Of a stretch of DNA of 64,000 nucleotides, positions 29,595 to 39,044 are shown piece by piece. How positions within the stretch are numbered: the first letter of the stretch is position 1; each line of letters starts with the position of its first letter. Both the position numbers and the translations under genes were made by a program. The notes under the pieces were generated by a model that was not told where the DNA came from, ran no database searches, and saw nothing but the letters and a program-made list of their open reading frames with translations. This DNA comes from Candidatus Nomurabacteria bacterium. Its GTDB lineage: Bacteria > Patescibacteriota > Minisyncoccia > Phycocordibacterales > UBA9973. The stretch is taken from the NCBI GenBank assembly GCA_016199805.1, contig JACQGC010000005.1, positions 6,019-70,018 on the forward strand, read 5' to 3'.

Positions 29595-32500
29595 TTACTC
29601 TTTCGACTTTTTTAAATCTACATCCAGCGCCAACCCACGCAGATAGTTTAGGAGCACGTTGAATGATGCGGGAGAATTTGGCGGTCTGATTGTTTCGTTT
29701 TTGATAATGGAATCAAAAGTAGCCGAACGGCCCAGTATGTCGTCGGACTTGATGGTCAACATTTCACGCAAGGTATAAGCGGCACCGTAACCTTCGAGCG
29801 CCCAGACTTCCATTTCTCCGAATCTCTGTCCCCCGCCTTGAGCCTTTCCGCCGAGCGGTTGCTGGGTGATGAGCGAGTAGGGACCAATCGAACGCATGTG
29901 AATCTTGTCTTCCACCATGTGGTGCAGCTTGAGCATGTACATATAACCCACGGCTACGTCTTGCTGGAAGGGCTCTCCGGTGCGTCCGTCAAAAAGTTTC
30001 AATTTACCATTTTCCGGAAGTCCCGCTTTCTTCAACTCTTCTTTTATTTCTTCATGTTTGGCTCCCAAGAATGGAGGAACTATCGCCTGATAACCGAGAG
30101 AGTTTGCGGCCATACCAAGGTGCATTTCCAAAATCTGTCCTAGGTTCATACGAGAAGGCACGCCGAGTGGTGACAATATAATATCTACCGGTGTACCGTC
30201 GGCCATGTAAGGCATATCTTCTTCGGGCAAAATCGTGGAGATGACTCCTTTGTTTCCGTGTCTGCCGGAAAGTTTGTCGCCGACGGAAATATTTCTGATT
30301 TGCGCCACCTCAATGACTATCTTTTTGATGATTCCGGCTTCCAGCATGTGTCCCAAATCTCGAGAAAATACTTTTACACCGATGATACGTCCACGCTTGC
30401 CGTGCTCCATGCGCAGGGATGTGTCTTTCACGTCTCGGGCTTTTTCAGCAAAGATGGAACGGAGGAGTCTTTCTTCCGGAGTGAGTTCCGTCTCTCCTTT
30501 CGGTGTAATCTTGCCGACCAAGATATCATTTTCTCGGACTTCGGCTCCTATGCGCACCACTCCGTCTTCATCCAAATCTTTTAGCTTCAGTTCTCCGACG
30601 TTTGGAATATCGCGGGTAGTGATTTCGGGTCCGAGCTTGGTGTCGCGGACTATGCAGGTAAACTCTTCAACATAGACGGAAGTAAATTTACTCTTCTTTA
30701 CCAACCTCTCGGAAATAATAATCGCGTCTTCGTAAGTAGAACCGGACCATGACAAAAAGGCCACAAAAATATTCTGGCCGATTGAAATCTGTCCGTTTAC
30801 TGTGCTGGTTGTATCCGCCAAAACATCCCCTTTCTTTATTTTGTCGCCGACGTTTACAAGCGGACGCTGATGAAAGATGGAAAAGTTGTTGTTTCGTAGG
30901 AAATTAACCAAAGTGTAAGTAGTTTCTTTTTTGCCTTTGACGATTATCTTTTTACCGTCCAAATATGAAACCACTCCTTCTTCGGTGGCGATGACCAATC
31001 TGCCTCCATCTCGTGAGGCCAGTTCTTCGATACCGGTGGCAACCAGTGGCATCTCCGGCAACACGCAAGGCACTGCCTGCTTCTGCATGTTACTTCCCAT
31101 GAGGGCTCGGTTTGCGTTGTTGTGTTCCAAAAATGGAACCATGGAAGTAGCTATGGAAAAGGCCTGGTTTGTAGCCACATCTATAAAATCCACCTCTTCA
31201 CGGGCAATTCGGCCCGGTTCTGTCTTGATTCTGGCTTCAACTTTTTCTTCGGTGATTTTTCCATTCTCGTCATAAGGAATACCGGCATGGGCTATGTTGT
31301 ATTTTTCTTCTTCGAGCGCGTTTAGGTAAACCATCTCTCCTGTGATGACACCTTTTTTGACCTTGATGTACGGAGTCTCGATAATTCCGAAATCATTTAT
31401 TTTTGCATAAGTTGCCAAGTGCAAAATGAGTCCGATGTTTGGACCTTCCGGGGTGTGAATCGGGCAAACTCGGCCATAGTGTGAAGGGTGCACATCGCGC
31501 ACTTCCAGTCCGGCTCGTTCACGGGTAAGACCTCCGGGTCCTAGAGCCGAGAGCAAGCGCATGTTTTCCATTTCCGACAGCACGTTTTCCTGCCCCATAA
31601 ATTGTGACAGCTGGTTGGTGGTGAAAAATTCTTTGATGCGGGCTTGCAATGGGCGCTGGTTGATGATGGCAATCGGCATGGCCGTGTCGACATCGATGAT
31701 AGACATTCTGTCTTGAATGTTTCTCTTTATCTGCATCATACCGGTGCGGACTTTTTGCTGGAGAATTTCTCCGACAAAACGCACGCGTCTTTGGCCCAAG
31801 TGGTCTATGTCGTCGGCCTTGGCTGTCGGAGTGTTGTTCAAACTGATGATGTGTGCTATCACCGTCACCAAGTCTTCTCTGGAGATGGTTCGGCGGGCCA
31901 TTTCTACTTCACCCATATCTTTGCCGAATCTTTGGTTAAACCTGAATCGTCCAACCGGAGAAAGGTCGTAACGCTCCGCGGTAAACAAGGAATTGATGAA
32001 TTCTTTGGCATTGTCGGCTGTAGCCATATCGCCGTCTCGGAGACGTTTATAAATCTCAATATACGCTTCGCTTAAAGTCTTTATTCCGTCTTTAGCCAGA
32101 GTTGCCTTGATGATTCCTTCCGCAACGGTGTCTTTATTGAAAGCCTTTATTATTTCGCCGTCATTTTCATAGCCCATGGCCCGCAGAAGCGCGGTAGCCG
32201 GGAATTTTCTTTTTTTGTCTATTCTGATGTAAATTCCCCCGTCCGATTCGGATTCTATTTCAATCCAGACTCCTCGGGCCGGAATAATTTTCGCGCCGAA
32301 ATATCTGTTGCCCTTGCTTTCGGATTCGGTAAAGAAAACTCCGAAGCTTCGCGCGAGCTGTGGCACGATCACCCGCTCCACACCGTTGATGATGAAAGTT
32401 CCATGGTCGGTCATGAGTGGAAGCTCCGACATAAAAATCTCCTGTTCCTTGACAGTGCCCAAAATTTTGTTCGTCAGCTTTACCCGCGCTTTTAGAAGCC

Positions 32501-32759
32501 CGTGATAGGAAAGCTTATTTATTTTGGAATCGTTCTCGTTGGTTTTGGATTCACTCAAAGAGAAAGAAGTGAATTCCAATTGGAATTTTTTCGTGGAGTA
32601 ATCGACAATCGGAGAAAATTCTTTGAAGACTTCTCCGATACCGGTTTCCACCAGCCATTTGAAACTCTTTTGTTGAGCCTCGATTAGATTTGGAAAAGCC
32701 ACGAGCGGCTTTTTGTACCGGCTAAAATACTTCTTCGGACGAGCTGTGCTTTTTTGCAT
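29595..32759 (-). CDS. rpoB: RNA polymerase beta subunit (compact, 1054 aa)
   Basis: GTFIINGVERV, RDVHPSHYGR.CP..TPEG, GDKLSGRHGNKG and GGQRFGEMEVWALE. Confidence 0.99.
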   Translation of the reverse strand: MQKSTARPKKYFSRYKKPLVAFPNLIEAQQKSFKWLVETGIGEVFKEFSPIVDYSTKKFQLEFTSFSLSESKTNENDSKINKLSYHGLLKARVKLTNKILGTVKEQEIFMSELPLMTDHGTFIINGVERVIVPQLARSFGVFFTESESKGNRYFGAKIIPARGVWIEIESESDGGIYIRIDKKRKFPATALLRAMGYENDGEIIKAFNKDTVAEGIIKATLAKDGIKTLSEAYIEIYKRLRDGDMATADNAKEFINSLFTAERYDLSPVGRFRFNQRFGKDMGEVEMARRTISREDLVTVIAHIISLNNTPTAKADDIDHLGQRRVRFVGEILQQKVRTGMMQIKRNIQDRMSIIDVDTAMPIAIINQRPLQARIKEFFTTNQLSQFMGQENVLSEMENMRLLSALGPGGLTRERAGLEVRDVHPSHYGRVCPIHTPEGPNIGLILHLATYAKINDFGIIETPYIKVKKGVITGEMVYLNALEEEKYNIAHAGIPYDENGKITEEKVEARIKTEPGRIAREEVDFIDVATNQAFSIATSMVPFLEHNNANRALMGSNMQKQAVPCVLPEMPLVATGIEELASRDGGRLVIATEEGVVSYLDGKKIIVKGKKETTYTLVNFLRNNNFSIFHQRPLVNVGDKIKKGDVLADTTSTVNGQISIGQNIFVAFLSWSGSTYEDAIIISERLVKKSKFTSVYVEEFTCIVRDTKLGPEITTRDIPNVGELKLKDLDEDGVVRIGAEVRENDILVGKITPKGETELTPEERLLRSIFAEKARDVKDTSLRMEHGKRGRIIGVKVFSRDLGHMLEAGIIKKIVIEVAQIRNISVGDKLSGRHGNKGVISTILPEEDMPYMADGTPVDIILSPLGVPSRMNLGQILEMHLGMAANSLGYQAIVPPFLGAKHEEIKEELKKAGLPENGKLKLFDGRTGEPFQQDVAVGYMYMLKLHHMVEDKIHMRSIGPYSLITQQPLGGKAQGGGQRFGEMEVWALEGYGAAYTLREMLTIKSDDILGRSATFDSIIKNETIRPPNSPASFNVLLNYLRGLALDVDLKKSKE

Positions 32760-32940
32760 AGTTTTTTGCTCTAAACAAAAAAACAGACGCAGAGATGACA
32801 GGGAAAAACAGACGAAAAATGCTTTTCTCTAGCTTCTCTTGAATCTTTCCTTATTTAGATGATTAAGTTAAAAACCCTATTAATATACGCTAATAATATA
32901 AACAGGATTGCATCCGATACTCAATCAATGAATCTCGAAT

Positions 32941-32969
32941 AGCCTACTCTTTTTTTGCTTTTTTGTCAA
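32941..32969 (-). promoter_or_regulatory. Putative rpoBC promoter
   Basis: Minus strand TTGACA-17 nt-TAGGCT, about 180 nt upstream of the rpoB ATG. Confidence 0.55.
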
Positions 32970-32974
32970 GCAAA

Positions 32975-33235
32975 TTATCCGTACAGTTCCGGATGTGTGC
33001 CGATGTCGTAAAAAACTACTTTATCTTCAGCAATATATTTGAAAATCGCCCGAAAGTTGCCGGTTATGTTTATACTACTATACCCTGCATATTCTCCGTG
33101 CAATTCATGATTTTTTAGAATTGGGTGATATAAATTTACTTTAAATAGTTCTAATCTTTCAAAAAATTTATCTACTACCCTTTTAGGAATTTTTTTGATT
33201 TTTTTATTAAAATCGTGAGAATAAGAAATTTGCAT
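32975..33235 (-). CDS. RelE/YafQ-family mRNA interferase toxin
   Basis: 86 aa; I.YS..F.K, HELHGEYAG..SINITGNFRAIF and IGTHPELY; downstream of the antitoxin gene. Confidence 0.85.
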   Translation of the reverse strand: MQISYSHDFNKKIKKIPKRVVDKFFERLELFKVNLYHPILKNHELHGEYAGYSSINITGNFRAIFKYIAEDKVVFYDIGTHPELYG

Positions 33236-33238
33236 AAA

Positions 33239-33511
33239 TTATACATCCATGGCTTTTCTCATTTCCTTCATGTCAGTATAGAATTTCAACTTACCGCTTT
33301 TTAATTCTTTTTCTCCATTTCTAATAGACCTTCTCAATCTAGCATTTGGTATTTCGGGAGTGGTAAATTCTATTCTTTTTTCGGCTATGATTTTTCTGAC
33401 CGCATGATTTAAGGCAATAGAAAGAGTCAGCCCCATTTCGTCTAGGGTTTTTATAAGTTCTTTCTTTACCTTTGGGTCCGTATTAAAATTTATTACTGCA
33501 TTGTTACTCAT
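33239..33511 (-). CDS. RelB/DinJ-family antitoxin
   Basis: RHH-like INFNTD..VK......MGLTLS.A.N and E.PN motif; start reassigned to MSNN, 6 nt after TATACT. Confidence 0.8.
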   Translation of the reverse strand: MSNNAVINFNTDPKVKKELIKTLDEMGLTLSIALNHAVRKIIAEKRIEFTTPEIPNARLRRSIRNGEKELKSGKLKFYTDMKEMRKAMDV

Positions 33512-33512
33512 G

Positions 33513-33547
33513 TATACAGTATATAGTATTGTATATATAAAAGTCAA
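33513..33547 (-). promoter_or_regulatory. Toxin-antitoxin promoter with overlapping palindromic operator
   Basis: TTGACT-18-TATACT overlapped by the inverted repeat TATACAGTA-N5-TATTGTATA. Confidence 0.6.
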
Positions 33548-33551
33548 GTCT

Positions 33552-34238
33552 TTATTTGTCTCTCTTCTTCCACTCTTCTATAAGTTTATGGTTCCCGGAG
33601 AGTAAAACTTTGGGCACTCTGTAGGTTTTTATTTTTGCTTGTCCTTTCGAAGCTTTATGCAAAGAAGGATATTTCAAGATTTCTGGGCGAGTGTAAACTT
33701 CACTGCTGGACACTCTTTCTTCTTCCAAGGATTCGTATTTGCCGAGCACGCCCTTGATTTGGCGAGAGATGGAATCTATGAGCACCATCGCCGGCAGCTC
33801 GCCGCCGGTTAAGATGTAGTCCCCTATTGAAAACTTCTTGGTTTTTAAAATTTTATCTATCCTGGCGTCTATGCCCTCATACCGCCCACAGATTAAAATA
33901 ATATCCGTATATTTTTTGGAAAGTGTTTTTGCGGAATCAGTAGTAAATTTAGGCGCGCTTGGAATGAAATTTATAATTAGAGTTTTTTTGCTCTTAATTT
34001 TTTTCACTGCTGCTTCCACTGCTTTTAAAATCGGCTCCGCCCGCATGACCATACCCGGTCCCCCGCCATATGGCTTATCGTCCACGGGACGGTAATTGTT
34101 TTTGGGAGCTTTAATGAAGTCTCTCGGATTATAAAATTTTACCGAGATAAGTTTGTTTTCCGCCGCCCGCCCTAAAATGGACTCTTTTAGATAAGAATCA
34201 AACATTTCCGGAAAAATTGTGATTATATGAAAACGCAT
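33552..34238 (-). CDS. trmD: tRNA (guanine-N1)-methyltransferase
   Basis: VDDKPYGGGPGMV, ICGRYEGID.R, SIGDYILTGGELPA and VP.VLLSGNH. Confidence 0.97.
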   Translation of the reverse strand: MRFHIITIFPEMFDSYLKESILGRAAENKLISVKFYNPRDFIKAPKNNYRPVDDKPYGGGPGMVMRAEPILKAVEAAVKKIKSKKTLIINFIPSAPKFTTDSAKTLSKKYTDIILICGRYEGIDARIDKILKTKKFSIGDYILTGGELPAMVLIDSISRQIKGVLGKYESLEEERVSSSEVYTRPEILKYPSLHKASKGQAKIKTYRVPKVLLSGNHKLIEEWKKRDK

Positions 34239-34251
34239 AAATACATCATAA

Positions 34252-34288
34252 CAAAAATCCCCTCAGGATTTCTCTTGGGGGGATTTTT
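34252..34288. terminator. Hairpin between the KH gene and trmD
   Basis: AAAAATCCCCTCAGGA...TCTTGGGGGGATTTTT. Confidence 0.6.
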
Positions 34289-34290
34289 CT

Positions 34291-34668
34291 TTAAATTCCT
34301 TTTAGGTCTTCCATCGCCTGGTCTACTGTTTTCATCGTCGGAGCGGCGCTCATTGGTCGGTCAGGTCTGGTATAAGTCTGGCTTCCTTGAGTGCTTTCGG
34401 TTCTCTCTGGTCGGGTGCTTCCTTCTGGTTCATTGATTTTCAAATTAACGCGGGCGTTGTTCTTCATACCGATGATACGCAAGAGAGTGCGGATGGCCTT
34501 GGCGGTGTTGCCCATTCGGCCGATAATCTTACCCATGTCGGCAGGATTTACGGTGAGAGTGATAAGCACGCCCATCTCGTCCACAGTTCTTTCGATTTTT
34601 ACATCATTCGGATTGTCTACTAATGCCTTCACTACGTACTCTAGAAATACTTGATCAGCTTCTTGCAT
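34291..34668 (-). CDS. khpA: KH-domain RNA-binding protein (KhpA/YlqC family)
   Basis: DMGKIIGRMGNTAKAIRTLL; conserved position between rpsP and trmD. Confidence 0.9.
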   Translation of the reverse strand: MQEADQVFLEYVVKALVDNPNDVKIERTVDEMGVLITLTVNPADMGKIIGRMGNTAKAIRTLLRIIGMKNNARVNLKINEPEGSTRPERTESTQGSQTYTRPDRPMSAAPTMKTVDQAMEDLKGI

Positions 34669-34758
34669 ATATATAAAACTATTTTAAATTTCTAATTTGC
34701 AGTGTTACGACTTGCTGCATGTCTGTATATTATAACCGACCCGCCAAAGGCGGGCAAG

Positions 34759-35067
34759 TTATTTCTTTGCTTTCAACTCTTTTCTCTTCATTGTCGGCTT
34801 TTTCTTCGGCAATACGTTTATTTTCTTGCCTTCAATTATTTTATCGTGCACTAAAAAGTTGTGCATAGTGTCCGAACATTGCGCGCCCTGGCTCATCCAA
34901 TATTTTATCCTGTCGGCGAGTAAATTTTTCTCTCCGGCCTTGGGATTGTAGGTACCCAATATTTCTAAAAATCTTCCGCTCTTGGTGCTATTCTTGGAAT
35001 CGGTCAAAACCGCCCGAAATGACGGGTCGTTCTTTCTGCCTATTCTCTGAAGTCTTATTTTTAACAT
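34759..35067 (-). CDS. rpsP: 30S ribosomal protein S16
   Basis: MLKIRLQRIGRKN.P.FR...G.FLE.LGTYNP...YW...GAQ.S. Confidence 0.97.
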   Translation of the reverse strand: MLKIRLQRIGRKNDPSFRAVLTDSKNSTKSGRFLEILGTYNPKAGEKNLLADRIKYWMSQGAQCSDTMHNFLVHDKIIEGKKINVLPKKKPTMKRKELKAKK

Positions 35068-35140
35068 CCCAGTACTAAAATTTTATTAATAATGCTTATC
35101 GACATGTCCCCGTAATCAAAAATTTAGTACGGGACAGGTA
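35065..35140 (-). repeat. Palindromic element fused to the rpsP start codon (copy 1)
   Basis: + strand CATCCCAGTACTAAAATTTTA...CCCCGTAATCAAAAATTTAGTACGGGACAGGTA; both arms identical to 47077-47153. Confidence 0.85.
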
Positions 35141-35199
35141 AGTGTAGCTTAACATAAATTATTAAAAAGGCAAACTTGCCCGCCTGTGCGCGGGTAAAA

Positions 35200-35226
35200 C
35201 TAGAAAAGGCGCCGGTGCCTTTCTAG
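35200..35226. terminator. Terminator hairpin downstream of 35240-35593
   Basis: CTAGAAAAGGCG-CCG-GTGCCTTTTCTAG. Confidence 0.7.
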
Positions 35227-35239
35227 ACCCCTGACGCCC

Positions 35240-35593
35240 TCAGATTTTCCCCTCTTTCTCCACCCGCCGAATCACGACGATCGGCGGCTTCTTGAAATTC
35301 TCCCAGAACTTCGTCCTCTCTTCGTCGCACTGCTTGGTGAGACGCTCAAGACGCTTCTCACTAAGACCGAGGACATTGTCTTTCACCCAACAGGAGGAAA
35401 TCGGCACAACTGCCGACTCGGCAATCACCTGTACCGGTGCCGTCTGCGCCTTGGCCCGCGGCAACAGCCACATAGACAGCGCAACGAAAAATGCAATAGC
35501 TAGCAACGGAGCCCAAATCGCCCTAACTACTGCCATGAACCGAGCTACACCAAACAGTTGCATTGAAGCATTTACGACACTCTTTTGTGACAC
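35240..35593 (-). CDS. GC-rich hypothetical membrane/secreted protein
   Basis: GTG start with GAGGAG SD, own TTGACG-17-TATACT promoter (35634-35662) and terminator; hydrophobic segment followed by AKA. Confidence 0.6.
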   Translation of the reverse strand: MSQKSVVNASMQLFGVARFMAVVRAIWAPLLAIAFFVALSMWLLPRAKAQTAPVQVIAESAVVPISSCWVKDNVLGLSEKRLERLTKQCDEERTKFWENFKKPPIVVIRRVEKEGKI

Positions 35594-35684
35594 AGAACTC
35601 TCCTCGGGGAAAAATCCCCATTAGTCCGAATTGAGTATAACACATTTTACCCCTATCGTCAATGCATATTTTGTGCTATATTGT

Positions 35685-37637
35685 ATGGAAGTGAAAAATA
35701 AACCTCACAAGCAAATAAATAAAGTTCAGGGCACCATCTCCATTTCTGGAAAAGGCACCGGGTATGTGAAAGTATTGGGCTACGAGGAAGACCCGGAAAT
35801 CGATTTCAAACATTTAAACACTGCCCTGCAAGGTGACACCGTGGAAATAATTTTGCACGGAAAAGGAAAAAGCCGACTCACGGCGGAAGTTTCAAAAATA
35901 ATCACGCGCGCCAAAACCCGATTTGCCGGAGTGCTGGAGGCCGAAGACGGTGTGTTTTTCTTAAAGCCGGACGACACAAAAATGTATACGGATATTTTAA
36001 TCCCCAAAGAAAATTTGCACGGCGCAAAGGTGGGACAAAAAGTTTTCGTGGAAATGATTTCTTGGACCGACGCTTCCAAGGCTCCGCTTGGAAAAATAAT
36101 AAAAATTCTGGGCCGTCCCGGCGACAACAATACCGAGATGTATTCCATCGCTATGGAAAAAGGTTTTGACGCCGAGCTTCCCCAAAAAGTGGAAGCTGAA
36201 GCGAGGAAAATAAAACAGGATGGAATCAAAAGTGAGGATTATATTGGCCGCCGGGATTTCCGTAAAACTCTCACCTTTACGATTGATCCATCGGATGCAA
36301 AAGATTTTGATGATGCATTGTCATTTAGGGAAATAAATAAAGAAGAATATGAAATCGGCATCCACATCGCCGACGTGTCGCATTATGTCAAAATCGGTAG
36401 CGCCTTAGACGTGGAGGCTCGCGGACGCGGAACTTCGGTTTACTTGGTAGACAGAACCATTCCAATGTTGCCGGAGGTATTGTCCAACGATTTGTGTTCT
36501 CTGGTGCCAAACAAAGACCGCTTGACTATGAGCGCCGTTTTTGTGATTGATAAAAATGCTCAGGTGAAGACACAATGGTTTGGCCGCACCGTCATTCATT
36601 CGCAAAAGAGATTCACTTATGAAGGCGCCGAGGAATCTATCCAAAAACCCACCGCCCCACTACACAAAGAACTTTCAATCCTGAATAATTTGGCAAAAAA
36701 ACTAACCAAAGAAAGATTCGCCCGGGGTGCCATATCGCTGGACCAAGAAGAAGTAAAATTCGTGCTGGACGATAAAGGCACACCGATAAAAGTTATAAAA
36801 AAAGAACGGGGTGATTCAAACAGACTGATTGAGGAATTTATGTTGCTGGCAAATAAAAAAGTGGCAGAGATACTTTCTCCTAAAAAAACAAAAGGCAAAA
36901 AAGATAATCAACAAGACGGTAGTGTCTCTATTTACCGCGTGCATGACCTGCCGAGTAAAGAAAAAATGATTGACTTGGCGTTCTTTCTGCGCAGTTTGGG
37001 ACATAAAGTAACTCTCCAAAATGGAGTGATTCCAACTTATGAAATAAATAAATTACTAACAAGCTTGGCTGGCAAGAACGAAGAAGACACAGTGCAAAGA
37101 GCTGTGATACGCTCCATGGCCAAGGCTATTTACTCTACGAAGAATATTGGACACTATGGATTGGCTTTTGAATACTACACTCACTTCACTTCCCCTATCC
37201 GGCGTTACCCGGACATTATGATTCACCGATTGCTCGCGAATTATTTGACCGGAAAAAAAGTAAAACAAGAAAAACTTTGGGAATACGAAAAATTGGCTAT
37301 TATTTCTTCGGAACAAGAAAAGCGCGCCTCCGACGCCGAACGCGCATCCATAAAATACAAGCAAGTAGAATATATGAGCAAACGCTTGGGCAAAAGTTTC
37401 GAAGGAGTGATAAGCGGGGTGACCCAGTGGGGCATGTACGTGGAAGAAATTGAAACCAAATGTGAAGGACTGGTGCGGGTGCGGGATATGAACGACGATT
37501 TTTATGTCTTTAACGAAAAGAAATTGGAGCTGGTGGGACAAAAAAAGAAAAAGAAATATCGCCTGGGTGGCAAGGTTAAAATAAAAGTCGCCACCGTAGA
37601 CTTGGAGAAGAAAACAATTGACTATGTCTTGGTATGA
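35685..37637 (+). CDS. rnr: Ribonuclease R
   Basis: FTIDP.DAKDFDDALS, HIADVSHYV, LIEEFML.AN and YTHFTSPIRRYPD, plus a C-terminal S1 domain; start reassigned to MEVK. Confidence 0.95.
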   Translation: MEVKNKPHKQINKVQGTISISGKGTGYVKVLGYEEDPEIDFKHLNTALQGDTVEIILHGKGKSRLTAEVSKIITRAKTRFAGVLEAEDGVFFLKPDDTKMYTDILIPKENLHGAKVGQKVFVEMISWTDASKAPLGKIIKILGRPGDNNTEMYSIAMEKGFDAELPQKVEAEARKIKQDGIKSEDYIGRRDFRKTLTFTIDPSDAKDFDDALSFREINKEEYEIGIHIADVSHYVKIGSALDVEARGRGTSVYLVDRTIPMLPEVLSNDLCSLVPNKDRLTMSAVFVIDKNAQVKTQWFGRTVIHSQKRFTYEGAEESIQKPTAPLHKELSILNNLAKKLTKERFARGAISLDQEEVKFVLDDKGTPIKVIKKERGDSNRLIEEFMLLANKKVAEILSPKKTKGKKDNQQDGSVSIYRVHDLPSKEKMIDLAFFLRSLGHKVTLQNGVIPTYEINKLLTSLAGKNEEDTVQRAVIRSMAKAIYSTKNIGHYGLAFEYYTHFTSPIRRYPDIMIHRLLANYLTGKKVKQEKLWEYEKLAIISSEQEKRASDAERASIKYKQVEYMSKRLGKSFEGVISGVTQWGMYVEEIETKCEGLVRVRDMNDDFYVFNEKKLELVGQKKKKKYRLGGKVKIKVATVDLEKKTIDYVLV

Positions 37638-38623
37638 GTAAAAAGATTTACATATTTATAATTCTTCTCGCTCTACTCTTCCCTATTCCTCTTTTGGTGG
37701 AAGAAAAAATCAAAACAATCGAAACCAAGGCTGAACCAGATTTTATCAACATGGCTTTCGAGGGCGATATCATGCTCGACCGTGGAGTAAGGAATTCTGT
37801 CACCAAAAACTTTGCGGGAGATTACTCGCAGTTATTTAAAAACGCGGATATATTAAAAAAGTTCGATATAGTTTTCGCCAACCTGGAAGGCACCGCCTCG
37901 GACAAAGGTAAAAACGCGGGAAGTATTTATTCTTTTCACATGGACCCGGCCGTCATTCCGGTATTGAAAGGAGCCGGCATAAATATATTATCCGTGGCCA
38001 ATAACCATGTCGCCGACTGGGGTTTAAAAGCATATGTAGATAATCTCGCGCGATTAAAAACAGCTGGGATACCTTATGCTGGAGGCGGACAAAATAAAAC
38101 CGAAGCGGAGACACCGACCATTATTATAAAACATGGTATAAAAATTGGATTCCTGGGTTTCTCAGACGTCGGTCCCGACTATATGCAGGCGAGCGAAACC
38201 AGAGCTGGTATACTTTCCGCCAAAGGCCCAAATTTTGATGAAATAATAAAAAATGCCGCAGCACAAGTGGATTTCCTGATTGTCTCATTTCATTTCGGTA
38301 CGGAATACAAAACCATGCACAACAAGAGGCAAGAATATTTGGCGCACGAAGCGGTGGACGATGGAGCAAAGATAGTCATCGGCGCGCACCCGCACGTGGT
38401 GGAAGATTTTGAGACTTACAAAAATAGTTTCATAGCTTATTCCCTGGGAAATTTTATCTTTGACCAGTCATGGAGCGAGCCGACGATGAAAGGAATGTTG
38501 CTTGAAATAAAATTATATAAAAATGGCGAAATGGCTGTGACCAAAGACCCAACGCAACTGAATTCATTTTTTCAGCTGGAAAAAATAATTGAAGGCGAAG
38601 AAGAAAAAGTGGTTTTTGAATAA
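37634..38623 (+). CDS. CapA/PgsA-family metallophosphatase
   Basis: GDIMLDR, FANLEG, ANNH, SFHFG.EY, GAHPHV and YSLGNFIFDQ; N-terminal TM helix. Confidence 0.9.
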   Translation: MSKKIYIFIILLALLFPIPLLVEEKIKTIETKAEPDFINMAFEGDIMLDRGVRNSVTKNFAGDYSQLFKNADILKKFDIVFANLEGTASDKGKNAGSIYSFHMDPAVIPVLKGAGINILSVANNHVADWGLKAYVDNLARLKTAGIPYAGGGQNKTEAETPTIIIKHGIKIGFLGFSDVGPDYMQASETRAGILSAKGPNFDEIIKNAAAQVDFLIVSFHFGTEYKTMHNKRQEYLAHEAVDDGAKIVIGAHPHVVEDFETYKNSFIAYSLGNFIFDQSWSEPTMKGMLLEIKLYKNGEMAVTKDPTQLNSFFQLEKIIEGEEEKVVFE

Positions 38624-38670
38624 AAACGAGTTTGCTCCCGGCAGGTAGGACCTGTCCGGGCGCGTGATTG

Positions 38671-38997
38671 TTACGACACATTGCTATGGGCAGCCGCGAG
38701 ACCTGGCTCTCCTTCTGAGTAGGACAATCCGTACGTCCCGACCCACACTGCTTCCGCGCCTCCTTTCTCGACAGCTTCCACCGCTCCATCCAACAACATT
38801 GCCGGGAAGTGCCGGGAAATATCTTCCCTTTTAATCACCTCCCACTCGTCGTCGTACTCATGCAGCTCACCACCAGGAGTTTTGAATGAAAACCCCCCAT
38901 TGGTTACGCTAAGGACCGCCTGCAAGTTGACACCCGCGAAGCAGTCCGCTTTGCCCCGCTCCGCGGGGTCTTCAAAAAATAACAGAACAAAAGTCAT
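38671..38997 (-). CDS. GC-rich hypothetical protein
   Basis: 108-aa ORF with AGGTGA SD and a downstream hairpin (38637-38660); no recognisable family. Confidence 0.55.
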   Translation of the reverse strand: MTFVLLFFEDPAERGKADCFAGVNLQAVLSVTNGGFSFKTPGGELHEYDDEWEVIKREDISRHFPAMLLDGAVEAVEKGGAEAVWVGTYGLSYSEGEPGLAAAHSNVS

Positions 38998-39044
38998 AAT
39001 TCACCTAATTATGATATTCTTCCTTTTTAGAATTTTGTCAAACC

